A DNA stretch of 5,813 nucleotides from a virus (taxonomy: Duplodnaviria > Heunggongvirae > Uroviricota > Caudoviricetes): positions 1-5,813 of the IMG/VR virus record IMGVR_UViG_2690316152_000004. One strand, 5' to 3'. Under the pieces are notes generated by a model. That model was not told the origin of the DNA and did not search any database. It saw only the letters and a list, made by a program, of their open reading frames with translations. This document shows positions 5,555 to 5,813 of the stretch, in pieces (position 1 is the stretch's first letter; each line of letters begins with the position of its first letter). Made by a program: the position numbers and the translations under genes.

Positions 5555-5710
5555 TTACTCCTCAGGTTCGTAAGCTGTGAAGACAGCGACCTCCGTCTGG
5601 CCGGTTCGGATTCGTACCTCGCAGAGGTCTTTCCTCGTTACCAGTGCCGTCACTATGACGGTTAAACAGATGACGATCAGGGCGATTAACATCGCCTTTT
5701 GCTGCTTCAT
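5555..5710 (-). CDS. hokD: Hok/Gef-family type I toxin (HokD/RelF-like), 51 aa
   Basis: ATG at 5710 with SD AGGAG about 10 nt upstream. The translation MKQQKAMLIALIVICLTVIVTALVTRKDLCEVRIRTGQTEVAVFTAYEPEE has the Hok single transmembrane helix and the conserved RKxLCE(V/I)R...G..EVA.F.AYE core, and matches my memory of E. coli HokD. The track's 64-aa form is a TTG-initiated in-frame extension. Confidence 0.9.
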   Translation of the reverse strand: MKQQKAMLIALIVICLTVIVTALVTRKDLCEVRIRTGQTEVAVFTAYEPEE

Positions 5711-5779
5711 AGCCTGCTTCTCCTGTGTAAGTTCACAGAGATATTGCAATTGCCTCCGGATAAGTAAGGGGAGATTGCA

Positions 5780-5813
5780 CTATGCAAATGCAGCATCTGA
5801 TGGTTGGCTATCC
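5780..5813 (-). CDS. 3' end of an upstream ORF running off the window edge (C-terminus ...DSQPSDAAFA)
   Basis: An open frame on the minus strand enters at the right edge and stops at TAG 5782..5780, about 70 nt upstream of hok. Only about 10 codons are visible. By Qin synteny relE would sit here, but the visible C-terminus does not match my memory of K-12 RelE (...VKRIL). Confidence 0.2.
   Translation of the reverse strand, partial: DSQPSDAAFA

Noticed and set aside
5034-5749. Plus-strand ORF 5034..5513, the 135-aa GTG-start form of the Rem-like ORF, and the 64-aa extended hok ORF
   Set aside because: The plus-strand ORF is antisense to the Rem-like gene and crosses the hok terminator. The 135-aa form would contain the terminator hairpin. 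The 64-aa form is a TTG-initiated in-frame extension upstream of the canonical Hok ATG and SD.
5711-5813. A Sok-like antisense RNA promoter on the plus strand upstream of hok
   Set aside because: TTCACA (5732-5737) and TTGCAA (5744-5749) are -35-like, but neither has an acceptable -10 hexamer at 16-18 bp spacing, so this was not called.
1-5813. CRISPR array, insertion sequence, integrase or att site
   Set aside because: There are no short regularly spaced direct repeats, no terminal inverted repeats flanking a transposase-like ORF, and no integrase-like ORF; the only large repeat is the tandem gene duplication.

Overview
This window reads as the reverse complement of a lambdoid (E. coli Qin-like) prophage regulatory region: every supported gene is on the minus strand, transcribed from high to low coordinates. 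In that order: a partial ORF at the right edge, a Hok-family type I toxin (HokD/RelF-like), an intrinsic terminator, a small Rem-like ORF, two tandem diverged copies of a YdfU-like (DUF968) gene with HNH-type Cys/His motifs, the Holliday-junction resolvase RusA, a Q-like late antiterminator, a tR'-like terminator, a small HTH-like ORF bracketed by terminators, an orphan beta-class N6-adenine DNA methyltransferase, then tRNA-Ile2(CAU) and tRNA-Arg(UCU) followed by another terminator. The most unusual structure is an ~857-bp head-to-tail duplication inside the ydfU-like gene: the units have identical flanks but a ~13% divergent centre, and the junction overlaps the upstream stop with a downstream ATG. 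I found no CRISPR array, IS element or integrase. All homology calls rest on reading the translations and on remembered family motifs, not on database searches.
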